DNA of 63,418 bases, the filler included, from Trichomonas gallinae (Eukaryota), in NCBI GenBank assembly GCA_008369845.1. It is 8 parts of 8 records of this genome, joined end to end, with 100 filler letters (N's around TTAATTAATTAA, not from the genome) between each part and the next. Parts side by side here need not be neighbours in the genome. Positions count along the whole stretch, not along the records: positions 19,964 to 24,694 come from MRSU01000234.1; positions 24,795 to 37,696 come from MRSU01000235.1; 6 more parts are not named here. One strand, written 5' to 3'. Numbering within the stretch: position 1 is the first letter of the stretch; the number at the start of each line of letters is the position of its first letter. Below, one piece after another: positions 22,737 through 33,002 of the stretch. The position numbers and the translations under genes were made by a program. Under the pieces are notes generated by a model. The model was not told the origin of the DNA. It was given only the letters and a program-made list of their open reading frames with translations, and searched no databases.

Positions 22737-24008
22737 ATGCAGAACCAAGATGATGCCAAGGTAACGCCCGATGTCGAAAAGAAGGACAACGACGACGAAG
22801 AGCTTAAGTCTGAGAAATCAGAAAAGCTTAACGACGTTAAGGTCACATTCGGCCTTGAAATGCTATTTTTATTCATCGGCACCAACATTTTGTTCAGCTA
22901 CAACACTTTCCTTAACGGACAAGATTGGTATCAATATTTGCTCCCAACTAGAGCAATATCTTATGAATTGACAAGAGTTTTAATTGTTTCTTCTGAAGTT
23001 TTCAACCTCTGCATGCTTCCATTCATTGAAAGATTCACGCTAAAATTCAGATTATATGTATCCTTGACTGCCATGGCTTGCGTTCAAGTTATTGTTTACC
23101 TATATGCCAATTTAACTCCTTATGGTAAGCATAACTACGTTGTTATTTACATTCTCGCTGCTGGAACGTCCCTTATGCAATCTGTTATGTTCGGTTCTTC
23201 AATGGGCTTTGCCGGTCTCTTCGGTGATAAGACATCAGCTATGGCTAACACAGGTGTCGCTGTCGGTGGTTTAGTCACATCTATCATCAGAATCATTTCC
23301 AAGTTATTTTGGCCAGAAATAGGTCCTAACAATCTTATTATCCAATCTCAAGTCAAGAAGCAGGGCTGGTTCTACTTGTTCTGGCCATTAGTCATGAACT
23401 TTGGCACAGTTCTCGCTTTCCACTTGTTCACAAAGACCGAAATTTGCCAGGAAAGAATCAAATTAGCTCAGACATCTAATGATTTCTTATATAGACTCAA
23501 GAGAATCAAGGGAATCTTCTTCAAGATCTGGGTTATCGTTTGCGTTGCTCTCTTGAACATGGTTATCACACTAGTGTTCTTCCCAGGTTATGCAATCGAA
23601 GTAGGCAACCACCACAATTTGGGCGAATGGTATATCACAATCATCCTCTTCTCATTCATGGTTGGAGATGTCGCTGGCAGACTCATCGCAAGATGGATTC
23701 TTTGGCCATCACAAAAATGGGTTTGGGTACCGCATCTTTGCAGGCTTTTGTTCATTCCTCTCTATGTCTTACCAATCGAAAATGTCATCCCAGCACTCAA
23801 AGATGATATTTACATTTATATCCTTACATTCATCCTCGCTACTACAGGTGGTTACTTCGGTGGTCTTTGCATAACATACACAGCCATCAACGACAAGTTC
23901 ACAAAAGAAGAAATCGATCTCGGTGTTTTCACAGTTGTTGTCGCCACAAATATGGGTGTTTTGATTGGTGTTCTTCTTACATTCCTTACTCAGTTACACA
24001 AAAATTAA
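22737..24008 (+). CDS. Equilibrative nucleoside transporter (ENT/SLC29) family
   Basis: About 11 TM helices; GTNILFSYNTF, ITLVFFPG, GDVAGR, RLLFIPL, TGGY. Inr TCATT upstream; stop codon within TAAA. Confidence 0.9.
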   Translation: MQNQDDAKVTPDVEKKDNDDEELKSEKSEKLNDVKVTFGLEMLFLFIGTNILFSYNTFLNGQDWYQYLLPTRAISYELTRVLIVSSEVFNLCMLPFIERFTLKFRLYVSLTAMACVQVIVYLYANLTPYGKHNYVVIYILAAGTSLMQSVMFGSSMGFAGLFGDKTSAMANTGVAVGGLVTSIIRIISKLFWPEIGPNNLIIQSQVKKQGWFYLFWPLVMNFGTVLAFHLFTKTEICQERIKLAQTSNDFLYRLKRIKGIFFKIWVIVCVALLNMVITLVFFPGYAIEVGNHHNLGEWYITIILFSFMVGDVAGRLIARWILWPSQKWVWVPHLCRLLFIPLYVLPIENVIPALKDDIYIYILTFILATTGGYFGGLCITYTAINDKFTKEEIDLGVFTVVVATNMGVLIGVLLTFLTQLHKN

Positions 24009-24694
24009 ACTTCCACTTTCATGATTTTTTTTTCTTTTTCATCTATTGTCTACTTAAACGATATTATTAAAAGTCAATGCAAATATTTGATATAGTTTTG
24101 CCTGAAGGAAGCAAATAGTTGATTTATATATTTCAAACTGTAAAACTTAAACTCAAACTATTTGGACACCCATATTCAGCATTCAATTGGTGATGTAGTG
24201 AATAATGTCTTGTTAGATTGATCAAAGCTGGTTCTTAAAATTAAATCACATTTTATTTGAAAACGTTATATTCTTAAAAACATTTTTTGTTATATGAACC
24301 ATGCACTATGGCCTGATATAATTGAAATAGCATGATTTATTAAGATACTCAGCAATAATTATCATTGAAATTCATATCATTCAATAAATTTTTCATTTGT
24401 TTTTCATTTGAACTTGATCCGAATGAGATATATGGATATGAGCGGCTGAAGCTGCTGCATTGGCAAAGTCAATTATTCATCAATCCTGATGTCACGATGA
24501 CCTTCCCAGCAGTATCTTTTGAAATTTAGAGTATATTTGAACATTCACTCAAGTATTTTAGTTGATTTGCACATGAATAAAGCGTAGTAACATTTTCGCA
24601 AAAAAAATATTATAATTGAAGCTGAAGTAATATTATAATTTCGTAACCCATTGGTTCTCTGCTACTTATATATATACTAATTGAGAATTGCTAT

Positions 24695-24794
24695 NNNNNN
24701 NNNNNNNNNNNNNNNNNNNNNNNNNNNNNNNNNNNNNNTTAATTAATTAANNNNNNNNNNNNNNNNNNNNNNNNNNNNNNNNNNNNNNNNNNNN
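24695..24794. other. Artificial contig-joining spacer
   Basis: 44 N + TTAATTAATTAA + 44 N. Confidence 0.98.
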
Positions 24795-25015
24795 AGTGTG
24801 TGGTTGAAGTGGTTGACCGGCGGTGGGACCTTCAGGCGCTTCATGAGGATGCGGCGCTGGCGCTGGATCTGGACGTACTTCGGGAACTGGACATTAGCTG
24901 TCTTGTCAGCAGCAGCGACGGCAGCTTCCTCTGTGAAGAGGTGTTCCTGGCGGATGATGTCCTTATCCTCGATGTGTTTCTCTGGAGCGGAACGTGTAGC
25001 TTTTGGTGGAGCCAT
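24795..25015 (-). CDS. RPL7A: 60S ribosomal protein eL8 (L7a), 5' fragment truncated by the contig end
   Basis: FPKYVQIQRQRRILMKRLKVPPPVNHF matches the eL8 WPxYIRLQRQxxILxxRLKVPPAINQF signature; strong C-ending codon bias. Confidence 0.9.
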
Positions 25016-25022
25016 AGTTCAA

Positions 25023-25074
25023 AAAGGTCGAACCATGCTCAAGGACGATAAAAAAACACCTAGCCAAAACCGCC
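25023..25074 (-). promoter_or_regulatory. Trichomonad M3 (GGCGGTTT) + M5 (CCTTT) core promoter of the eL8 gene
   Basis: CCTTT at 25023-25027, 7 nt before the ATG; GGCGGTTT at 25067-25074. These match motifs 5 and 3 described for T. vaginalis. Confidence 0.75.
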
Positions 25075-25424
25075 GAATGCCTCTCAATTTTAATTTTATT
25101 GCATATTATTGAAATATATCATTTATAGACATCATAATTCATCAAAATTCGTATAAATAATAACCTCATAATATTTGCCATTTAGATGACAAAATATTGC
25201 ATTTTTTGTTGTGTAAACTCTAATTTCTTCATAGCATCAAAGCAAAATCTCATATATGATAGATTCAAATTTCCTCTTGAATATGATATCAGTGAGACCT
25301 AATTAATATCACTCACTTCATTTACTTATTCATGATCGATATTTTGAGATATTTCTATTGACTTTACAATCGATTGTTTTACTTAATAAAAAAAAAAAAA
25401 ATCACAAACCAATGATAAAATCGA

Positions 25425-27908
25425 TTATTTGATTATGCATCTCTTCTTAATTGAAGTCAAACATGCCCTGAGACCATCATCATCAAGACTTGTTTCTCTT
25501 AAATTCAATATTTTTTGAATCAATGCAGCAGCAGCGTTTTTACCTTGTGATTTTGTTCCAACCGGCTTTTGTCGTGATATATTTTCATATATCATTCGTG
25601 CATGAGATATAACATCAGGTGGAAGTATTCCTTCTGCTGAGCGAATCCCATACGCATTCTCGCTGAGAGATCCATTCGAGCATTTGTACTTGTACAAAAA
25701 TCTTCCATCACTTCCCACTTCTGTCTGCATTTGATTCGTTTGCACATTATTGTATGTTTGAGAAAGCATTTCAAGTTCTCTGAGGTGTGTTGAAACTACC
25801 GCGAAAGATTTGTTCAGCAACAATTTTTCACAGAGAACCCATGCCAGTGCTGATCCATCGGTTGAACTTGTGCTTGCGCATGGCTCGTCAACCAAAACTA
25901 ATGAGTTTTGATCAGAATGTGATGCAATGTTAGAGAGTTCCATCATCTCACGCTTAAATGATGAGGTTCCACTCTCGATATAATCTGCTGGAGATGTGCA
26001 CTTGACAAAAATTGATTGAATAACTGGCATACTCATTTCATCACATGGAACGAAACTTCCGCATTGTGCCATTATAGTGTTCAGACATACAGTCTGCAGG
26101 AGAGTGCTTTTACCACTGGCATTAACTCCACTCAAAATCGATATCTTTTTTACAGGTGTGAGTGAAATTGAAATTGGGATGAATTCAGCTTTTGTGTTAA
26201 CTCCAAGTGTCAACTTTGAAATATCATCTGCAATGTTGTTTTGATACAGTCTTTCTAAAATTGGATGTCTTGCATTAATGAGCGATAAAGAATTCGAGTT
26301 CAATTTTGGTCTGGTTGTACTCTTCATTTCATTTGATACAATAGCTAAAGAAAGGAGAGTGTCAAGGAATCCAATAACTTCGCTGATGTAATAGATGCTT
26401 GAAATGTATGATCTTATCGCATCTATTTTCGATTCAGCAAATTTTTGAGCGATTATAATTGCATCAGATTCTGCACTTTCATTTGCTTTGTTGAGTATCA
26501 ATAATTCTTGTGTTGTGCATGAGATAACACTATCACTTTTTGTGGCAAATATGAATTCAGTGGGCAGTCCTTCATTATTAGATGAACTAATAATAGAACT
26601 CGATTTTTTGACGATATCAGACTTTTTGATTTGAAGATGATATCTTCTTGTTTTGTTGAATTTAATTTGACATTTGATTCCATGTCTATCTTGCAAATCT
26701 TGAGGAAGATGGAATATTTGTTCTAGTGTCCTTTCATATGTTTTTCTCGTGACATCAAGTAATGCAAGTTTTCCTTCTGCAATGCAGTAAAGGAATTTGT
26801 TTTTATCATCGTCATCATCGACAAAATCTGATAATATCTCGGAAATCTTTTCGATATGGCTTTCATTTATTGCTGCAAGTAATCCTTGGGATAGATTACA
26901 TGACATCTTAGAAAGAGCTTCTCTGAGGCTTCCTGTGATATTACATACCTTAACAAGTTTCAAAATGCAATCCAATGGAAACGATAGTGTCGTTTTCCTT
27001 GCTTGTTTTGTAACCAAAAAAGAAATAACAGGATCTAAGTCTTGTATTCCTTTTAAAGTCTTTTGTATTTCTTTAATCAATTCCTCGTTATACATGAGTT
27101 CATTGATGAAGTCATATCTCATTGAAATATGTCTTGGATCGCATGGAGGCGATGCAACAGTGGCTCTTAAAAATCTTTCACCACAACTTGTCATGCATCT
27201 GTCTAAAAAATTGAAAAGAGATGGTGCTGCTGATAGTTTTTTCGATGTTTGCAAACGAAGAATTGAATTCCTTGGAGCGGTAATGATATTAAAATTTATG
27301 AGTGCTATTGGATCAATCATGTGTCCATCCAATGTGTGAAAGATTGTTCTTAATGAAGAAGGATAAATTTGTATTTCTTCTTCTACCATCGCATATTGAA
27401 GGACTGCTGCTGATGCAGATATACACAAGTATCTATTTTTGACTGGAGTCGTACCAAATATTTCGTTTGGTGAATTTGACAATTCATTGATTAAGTTAAC
27501 ACCTTTTGAATCGGAAAATTGGGTTCTTGGAATTAACACAATCATTGAATCATCGTATTTCTCGATCATTATTTGTGTTAATGCAGACTTTGATTGAGAA
27601 CTAACGACCAAAATCCTTTTTGGTGAAGTTGTATCAAGAATGTTGTTTAAATAAGAATACATTGATGTGTCAGAGAATTGATATAGAGACAATGACGGAG
27701 GATGTAATCTTAACATTGCCACACCTATCTCTCTTGTGCCATTTTCAATGCAAGCAGCATATGATGGTGAATTATCTTCATCACTCCTTGGTGTCGCTGC
27801 CAAGTGTGGTGTTTTCGCTGGATCTTCCATGTACGGAGACATCTCATATCCACGCTGCATTGCAACAACTCGTTTTGTTGAAGGAATAGTCTCTCTCTGC
27901 ACTTCCAT
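25425..27908 (-). CDS. MSH4: MutS homolog 4 (meiotic MutS-gamma subunit)
   Basis: EIGVAMLRLHPPSLSLYQFSDTSMYS (MSH4-type N-terminus, no mismatch-binding domain I); RHPILE, GVNASGKS, SSFKREM, LVLVDE, STH, YGI. Confidence 0.8.
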   Translation of the reverse strand: MEVQRETIPSTKRVVAMQRGYEMSPYMEDPAKTPHLAATPRSDEDNSPSYAACIENGTREIGVAMLRLHPPSLSLYQFSDTSMYSYLNNILDTTSPKRILVVSSQSKSALTQIMIEKYDDSMIVLIPRTQFSDSKGVNLINELSNSPNEIFGTTPVKNRYLCISASAAVLQYAMVEEEIQIYPSSLRTIFHTLDGHMIDPIALINFNIITAPRNSILRLQTSKKLSAAPSLFNFLDRCMTSCGERFLRATVASPPCDPRHISMRYDFINELMYNEELIKEIQKTLKGIQDLDPVISFLVTKQARKTTLSFPLDCILKLVKVCNITGSLREALSKMSCNLSQGLLAAINESHIEKISEILSDFVDDDDDKNKFLYCIAEGKLALLDVTRKTYERTLEQIFHLPQDLQDRHGIKCQIKFNKTRRYHLQIKKSDIVKKSSSIISSSNNEGLPTEFIFATKSDSVISCTTQELLILNKANESAESDAIIIAQKFAESKIDAIRSYISSIYYISEVIGFLDTLLSLAIVSNEMKSTTRPKLNSNSLSLINARHPILERLYQNNIADDISKLTLGVNTKAEFIPISISLTPVKKISILSGVNASGKSTLLQTVCLNTIMAQCGSFVPCDEMSMPVIQSIFVKCTSPADYIESGTSSFKREMMELSNIASHSDQNSLVLVDEPCASTSSTDGSALAWVLCEKLLLNKSFAVVSTHLRELEMLSQTYNNVQTNQMQTEVGSDGRFLYKYKCSNGSLSENAYGIRSAEGILPPDVISHARMIYENISRQKPVGTKSQGKNAAAALIQKILNLRETSLDDDGLRACLTSIKKRCIIK

Positions 27909-28490
27909 TATTTTTTAATTAATTTTGATGTTGTCAAAACCGCCAATTGCTTTTTTTATTAAAATATTAACAAAAGTTCATACATCTGGTCTTTCCAGTA
28001 AAATCATTCTTAACCAAGTCTGTGGATACAGTATGATCATTAGAGACTCGATAACCTCTAAAAATTAAATAAGTTTCATGGAGTGTGAACGACCTCACTT
28101 TCACAAACATAACACAATGATCATCATAGTCTATGTGCTTGTGAATGCATAATCATGATCAAAATTCGATCTCGATTAACATAACATTTAGTTTGTTAAT
28201 AATCTTTCTGGAACCTAAAATATCATCTAATAGTGCAGTCATACATTAACTGTAGCTTGAACTATAGTAGTCAGGAATGAAGCATTCGAAAAAAAAAAAA
28301 AATGGCCATAGTATGTAGGATATCTCTAGGAAGGATATAATATTCTACACATAAGCTATAGAATTATTTAGATATGATCATGCATTGTTAAATGGTTACA
28401 TTGAATTTCAATCGAATTTTTAAAATAAATAATTAATAAGGTTAATTTTATTTAAAAATTTAGAACCGCAAAAATTTCGCAGAATTTGCA

Positions 28491-29018
28491 ATGGGTTGTT
28501 TGTGTAGTTGTAGCGAGGATGAAACAACTCCTCGCGTGCTAATGCTTGGTTTCAAGTCTGCTGGTAAGTCTACAATACTCAGTAAGCTCAAAGGAGACCA
28601 ACAAATACGAACATTTCAAGTTCAAGACTTTAGTACTCAAACGATTAAATGGGAAGACTTTGAATTAGTTTCTTGGGATCTTGGTGTTGCCGAAAAGCAA
28701 AGAAACTTATGGAGACATTACTTTGAAGGTTCATGTGCATTGGTTTTCGTTGTTGATGCCTCTGATAGAGAGAGATTCCCAACAGTTAAATCAGAAATAC
28801 ACAGAATCGCCGCTATGCCTGAATTAGCAAATTGCCCAATTTTGTTTATCGCTAATAAACAAGACATCCAGGGTGCTGCTAATCCAGAAGAACTTGAGAG
28901 ACTTATTGATGCTGGTGGCACGAAACATCTTACTTATAATGTCATGCCAGGCGCTGCTGCTAGTAACCTCGGCATTGACGCAGCATTTAAATGGCTTCTG
29001 AGTAAGATCAGTCTATAA
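28491..29018 (+). CDS. ARF/ARL-family small GTPase-like protein with degenerate switch motifs
   Basis: MG start, LGFKSAGKS, WDLG, LWRHYF, VFVVDASDRER, ANKQD. Confidence 0.9.
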   Translation: MGCLCSCSEDETTPRVLMLGFKSAGKSTILSKLKGDQQIRTFQVQDFSTQTIKWEDFELVSWDLGVAEKQRNLWRHYFEGSCALVFVVDASDRERFPTVKSEIHRIAAMPELANCPILFIANKQDIQGAANPEELERLIDAGGTKHLTYNVMPGAAASNLGIDAAFKWLLSKISL

Positions 29019-29323
29019 TTCTATTTATGCAACACCATTCTCATCGATTTTCAAAAAAATTTATCTGATTGATCATGTTTATTAAATACTTTTAACCATT
29101 CACTGTCATATGATATATTAGCTATTTATTTTTCTATTCTCTTGAATTTTATTTTAATAATATTTTTCAATTTAGCAAATTTCTAACAGGAACTGTTCAT
29201 AAATTAACTGCTTCAATGTCAATAAGCTAATGATCTACTTCTCAGGAGATTTAATAATTTGACATTTTGTCTTGTAAATATATTTATATTGACAATGTAG
29301 ACTAAATTTGTCAGATATAATTA

Positions 29324-29596
29324 ATGTCTGTTTCTCAAGATGAGATGAATTATTTAGTCTACAGATATCTTCAGGAGAATGGATTCGTTCATTCTGCTTT
29401 CATATTCGAGTCAGAATCGCTCGCTGAATCAACAAATATCTCGGCTTCTCAAATTCCACCGAATGCATTGATTACACTTCTCCAAAAATCGCTACAATAC
29501 ATGAGACTAGAGAAAGCAATACGTGTGGCAAAAGAAGATCCAAAATCTCAAGCTCATGAAGGAATTCAACAGATTGAAAAGGCATATAATCAGTAA
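29324..29596 (+). CDS. TBL1/Sif2-like LisH-domain protein lacking WD40 repeats
   Basis: MSVSQDEMNYLVYRYLQENGFVHSAF...IPPNALITLLQKSLQY closely matches the TBL1 N-terminus. Confidence 0.8.
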   Translation: MSVSQDEMNYLVYRYLQENGFVHSAFIFESESLAESTNISASQIPPNALITLLQKSLQYMRLEKAIRVAKEDPKSQAHEGIQQIEKAYNQ

Positions 29597-29789
29597 TTGT
29601 TATTTGTTTATACGATTAAATATTAATGTTACTCAAAAACTTACACTATCAGCTTCTTATTAAGATATTTTCGTTATTTTATGTTTTTAATGCAATATTA
29701 CATCAAATCTTTTGAAAAATGCTCAAATTTAATGTCTAGAAAGTTAATCTAATAATATTAATTTTGAAAAACATTATACTTTACAAATA

Positions 29790-32375
29790 TTATTTTTTCT
29801 CTGGGGCATCATTCTTCTTCAACATGATAAAACCATGAGTAACATGGCCAATAATTGGTGTATACGATTTTTCATATTCTATATCGATATATTGCAATTG
29901 CGATAAAGTGACACGGCTCATATTTTGAATGATCTGACCGTTCTTATCATCGTCATCAGAATATCCATCCTCTTCTTCTGAGTGGTCATCGTAGTCTTCG
30001 AACATCATCGACTGCGTCGCTCTAGGATAGGAGAGCTTCACTGGTGGCGCAATCTGCTTCTTTGATTCCTTCTGGAAGTCAGGCGGATAAGCGAAGTCAG
30101 CTTTCGGTGCATTACACTTCATCTTCCAGTTGACAACATTCAAATTCTCGTCGAGTCCGATGATACTTGTCGGGTGGAATGAAAGCGGAAGCATCAGAGC
30201 GAGCGGGTGCCAGAAGAAATGGTTGCAGAACATGGCCAGACCGACTGTCGCTGAAACAGAATTCTCGCCTCTAAGAGAGTTGCATGAAATAACAACATTG
30301 CGGCCGCCGGCATTTAATATTCCCCACGCGCAGCATGTACCGAATATCAGCATCTCCTGGCGACGCTTAACAGTCATGTTCCTTAAGAATGCTCTGAACT
30401 CCTTGGCGTATGGAACTCTAGCATCACTCTGCTGCATCAAGACCATGGCCATAGCCATCATAGCGTTCTGTGTGACATGGTCTTCATTATCTTTGAGCAG
30501 AGGCTTCAGGACTTCGATGGCTTCAGCATTGCCAGTGCCTGCACAGGAAATACCGATCGCTAACGCAGCACCTGCTCTCACGTGAGAGTGGTAGCTCTGG
30601 GCGAGCAGGTTGATCATTGACGGGACTTCCTTCGGGCGACGGCTGAGGACGAATCCGATGCCAATAACTGCAGCCCTTCTTACGTTGTCGTTGACATCTG
30701 AAACAGCGATGTGGAGCAGTTTCTGGAGTGCCTCGTTTGAAGCACTACCTATGTTAGCTAGAGCAATGATCCATGCGGCACCTTCTCTCATCAATGCTTT
30801 TTGAGAATTCAGCAAGATCTGAATTGTATCGTTTGCGCGCTCTCCGCATCCGTAGAGGACGAAGCCCAAGCCCATAGCGACGCCACGCATGATTTTTTCG
30901 TGCTCTGTTGTGTAGAAAATCCTGATCATCTGATCAATCGTGTCCTTGTCGCCGCTACCGAGCATGACCATACCAAGAGCATAACCTGCAGCTTCAGCAG
31001 GCTCTGGATGATCTTCTTGAATGACGTTGTACAAAAGAGAATAATGTTTTGGATCTCTTGAACCGAGAGAAATAAGGCCAATAGCAAGGCATGCACCATG
31101 CTGAACAACATAAAGTGGCTTTGATGATCCTTCTTGTGATTGTTTGAGTTTATCGATAACAATTGATAAAATTTTTTCATCCCAATGATAGTTGACGTAG
31201 ATAAGACCAAGAGCGTAAACAGCACCACCAACAACGTGCTCTGGGACTTCTGCATCTTGGTTATTGAACAAAAATGATTGTAAAACCTTTAATGCGTCAT
31301 CAAGGTGGCCAAGGTGGATGACACCAATAGCAGCAGCCGTTGTAAATTGCGCCCATTTCCTTGTTGTTGTAAACCATTTAAGATTTACTCTAAAGAAGTT
31401 ATCATCACCGACACCGGCGTACATATATGAGTAAGAGATAGTAACAGATGTATGTATAATTGATCTAGTTGTTTCGACTGAATTTTTAAGCGCGATAAGA
31501 ACATGAATATCATTTTTGTTTTGATGGAAGAGGAAATGAAGATATTTCTGAAGCAATAGCTTCCTTTTAAGAATATCTTTGACCGTGTTGAGCTCTGCTG
31601 GTAATTTATCGATAACTAATGCACGATATTTTTGGTGTGCATTTTCTGCAAGTTCAAATGCGATTTGATAGCCCATGAGCTTATCATCTATCTTTGAAGA
31701 GGTGCATAATTGCTCTAAAAGATTCGCTCCTGAAACATAATCTTGTAAGTGTAAATAGAGTTGACTTAACTGGAATTTATCACTCCTCGATCTTGAAAAA
31801 TCAACTAATATATCCAAAACTTCTCTCTTGTAGTCGATATTCATTCCTGTCTCTTGACAAAGAGTTATTGCGCCACTAGCTAACGCAGGCCTCTTTTCTA
31901 GAGCAATTTGTATAGATTCCTTCAAGTGAGTTTCAATGGAGAGTGTCAATACTTGGCTATATTTCTCCTTCTTTATAAGATATTCGATACATCTGAGAAC
32001 AAGATTCGAATGATCTTCAGATATCGGAATATTTTTGTTGATGTTATGTATATACTTCTGAAAGGCGAATGATACTATCTTTCTCGTGTATTCATCATTG
32101 CTTGTGACATCAAAAAGTTGTTTTGAGAGAAGCGCGTATTCTAGGGCATTTTCTGAGTCACCATAGTAATAGGAGACAATTGATGCCAATCTTGCTGCTT
32201 CTAAATGCGAAGGAAACGAAGTTAATTTTGCAAGGACAGTTATTTTATCCATATAATCAACCATTAATGGCCAAGAATTAGGCAAACTTTGAATAAGCTG
32301 CTTAACTGCATATGATTTAATGCTACTGTCCTTTTCGGTGAGGAGAACTAGTAATCCCTGTGTTGTTCCCTTCAT
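29790..32375 (-). CDS. RPN2: 26S proteasome regulatory subunit Rpn2/PSMD1
   Basis: WAQFTTAAAIGVIH, QHGACLAIGL, HEKIMRG, LLHIAVSDVNDNVRRAAV, GILNAGGRNV, PC repeats. Confidence 0.95.
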   Translation of the reverse strand: MKGTTQGLLVLLTEKDSSIKSYAVKQLIQSLPNSWPLMVDYMDKITVLAKLTSFPSHLEAARLASIVSYYYGDSENALEYALLSKQLFDVTSNDEYTRKIVSFAFQKYIHNINKNIPISEDHSNLVLRCIEYLIKKEKYSQVLTLSIETHLKESIQIALEKRPALASGAITLCQETGMNIDYKREVLDILVDFSRSRSDKFQLSQLYLHLQDYVSGANLLEQLCTSSKIDDKLMGYQIAFELAENAHQKYRALVIDKLPAELNTVKDILKRKLLLQKYLHFLFHQNKNDIHVLIALKNSVETTRSIIHTSVTISYSYMYAGVGDDNFFRVNLKWFTTTRKWAQFTTAAAIGVIHLGHLDDALKVLQSFLFNNQDAEVPEHVVGGAVYALGLIYVNYHWDEKILSIVIDKLKQSQEGSSKPLYVVQHGACLAIGLISLGSRDPKHYSLLYNVIQEDHPEPAEAAGYALGMVMLGSGDKDTIDQMIRIFYTTEHEKIMRGVAMGLGFVLYGCGERANDTIQILLNSQKALMREGAAWIIALANIGSASNEALQKLLHIAVSDVNDNVRRAAVIGIGFVLSRRPKEVPSMINLLAQSYHSHVRAGAALAIGISCAGTGNAEAIEVLKPLLKDNEDHVTQNAMMAMAMVLMQQSDARVPYAKEFRAFLRNMTVKRRQEMLIFGTCCAWGILNAGGRNVVISCNSLRGENSVSATVGLAMFCNHFFWHPLALMLPLSFHPTSIIGLDENLNVVNWKMKCNAPKADFAYPPDFQKESKKQIAPPVKLSYPRATQSMMFEDYDDHSEEEDGYSDDDDKNGQIIQNMSRVTLSQLQYIDIEYEKSYTPIIGHVTHGFIMLKKNDAPEKK

Positions 32376-32470
32376 CGAAAAGTGTCCAAAAAATTAATTA
32401 ATTTTTTTCTTGATTTTCAAAATTTTGATATAAAATAATTTAGAATCCTATATATCATATAAAATCTGCA

Positions 32471-32689
32471 AAAATAACGATTTTTATTTTTTATTTTATC
32501 ATTTTACCGGATAACATTTTTAAATTTATCTCAAAAAACAATAGTAGGATTTTAATTTTAACAATTAATTATATATTAAAATATCCTATAGATTTATTTT
32601 ATAATATCTAAATTCTTAAATATTGGTTATAAAATAACAAAACTTCACTTTTTATATCTGATAAATAATAAAATAAAAATCGTTATTTT
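32471..32689. repeat. Inverted repeat with 20-bp perfect (about 30-bp imperfect) arms around about 160 nt
   Basis: AAAATAACGATTTTTATTTT at 32471-32490; its reverse complement at 32670-32689. Confidence 0.7.
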
Positions 32690-33002
32690 CATTTAAATTT
32701 TAAATTTCGAATATATATAAAGTTAGCAATTATGATAATAAATTTAATTAATTTTTTTATAATATTTCATTGTCAATAATCTCAACAAAACCATTTTTAA
32801 TATAGATATAGCACAAGAAGGTTCTATATTTAATATATTTCCAACCATAAGATCTTTTCACGTTAATTTATATTCGCTTTTAATATTTTTTTTTTCCATA
32901 GGTAGTAATAAATGCTCACAAAATATACTTATTCGGTTGATAGATAAAATAATGGTAAACTTACAAAACACTTTATTATAAACAATTGAATAAAAAATAA
33001 AA

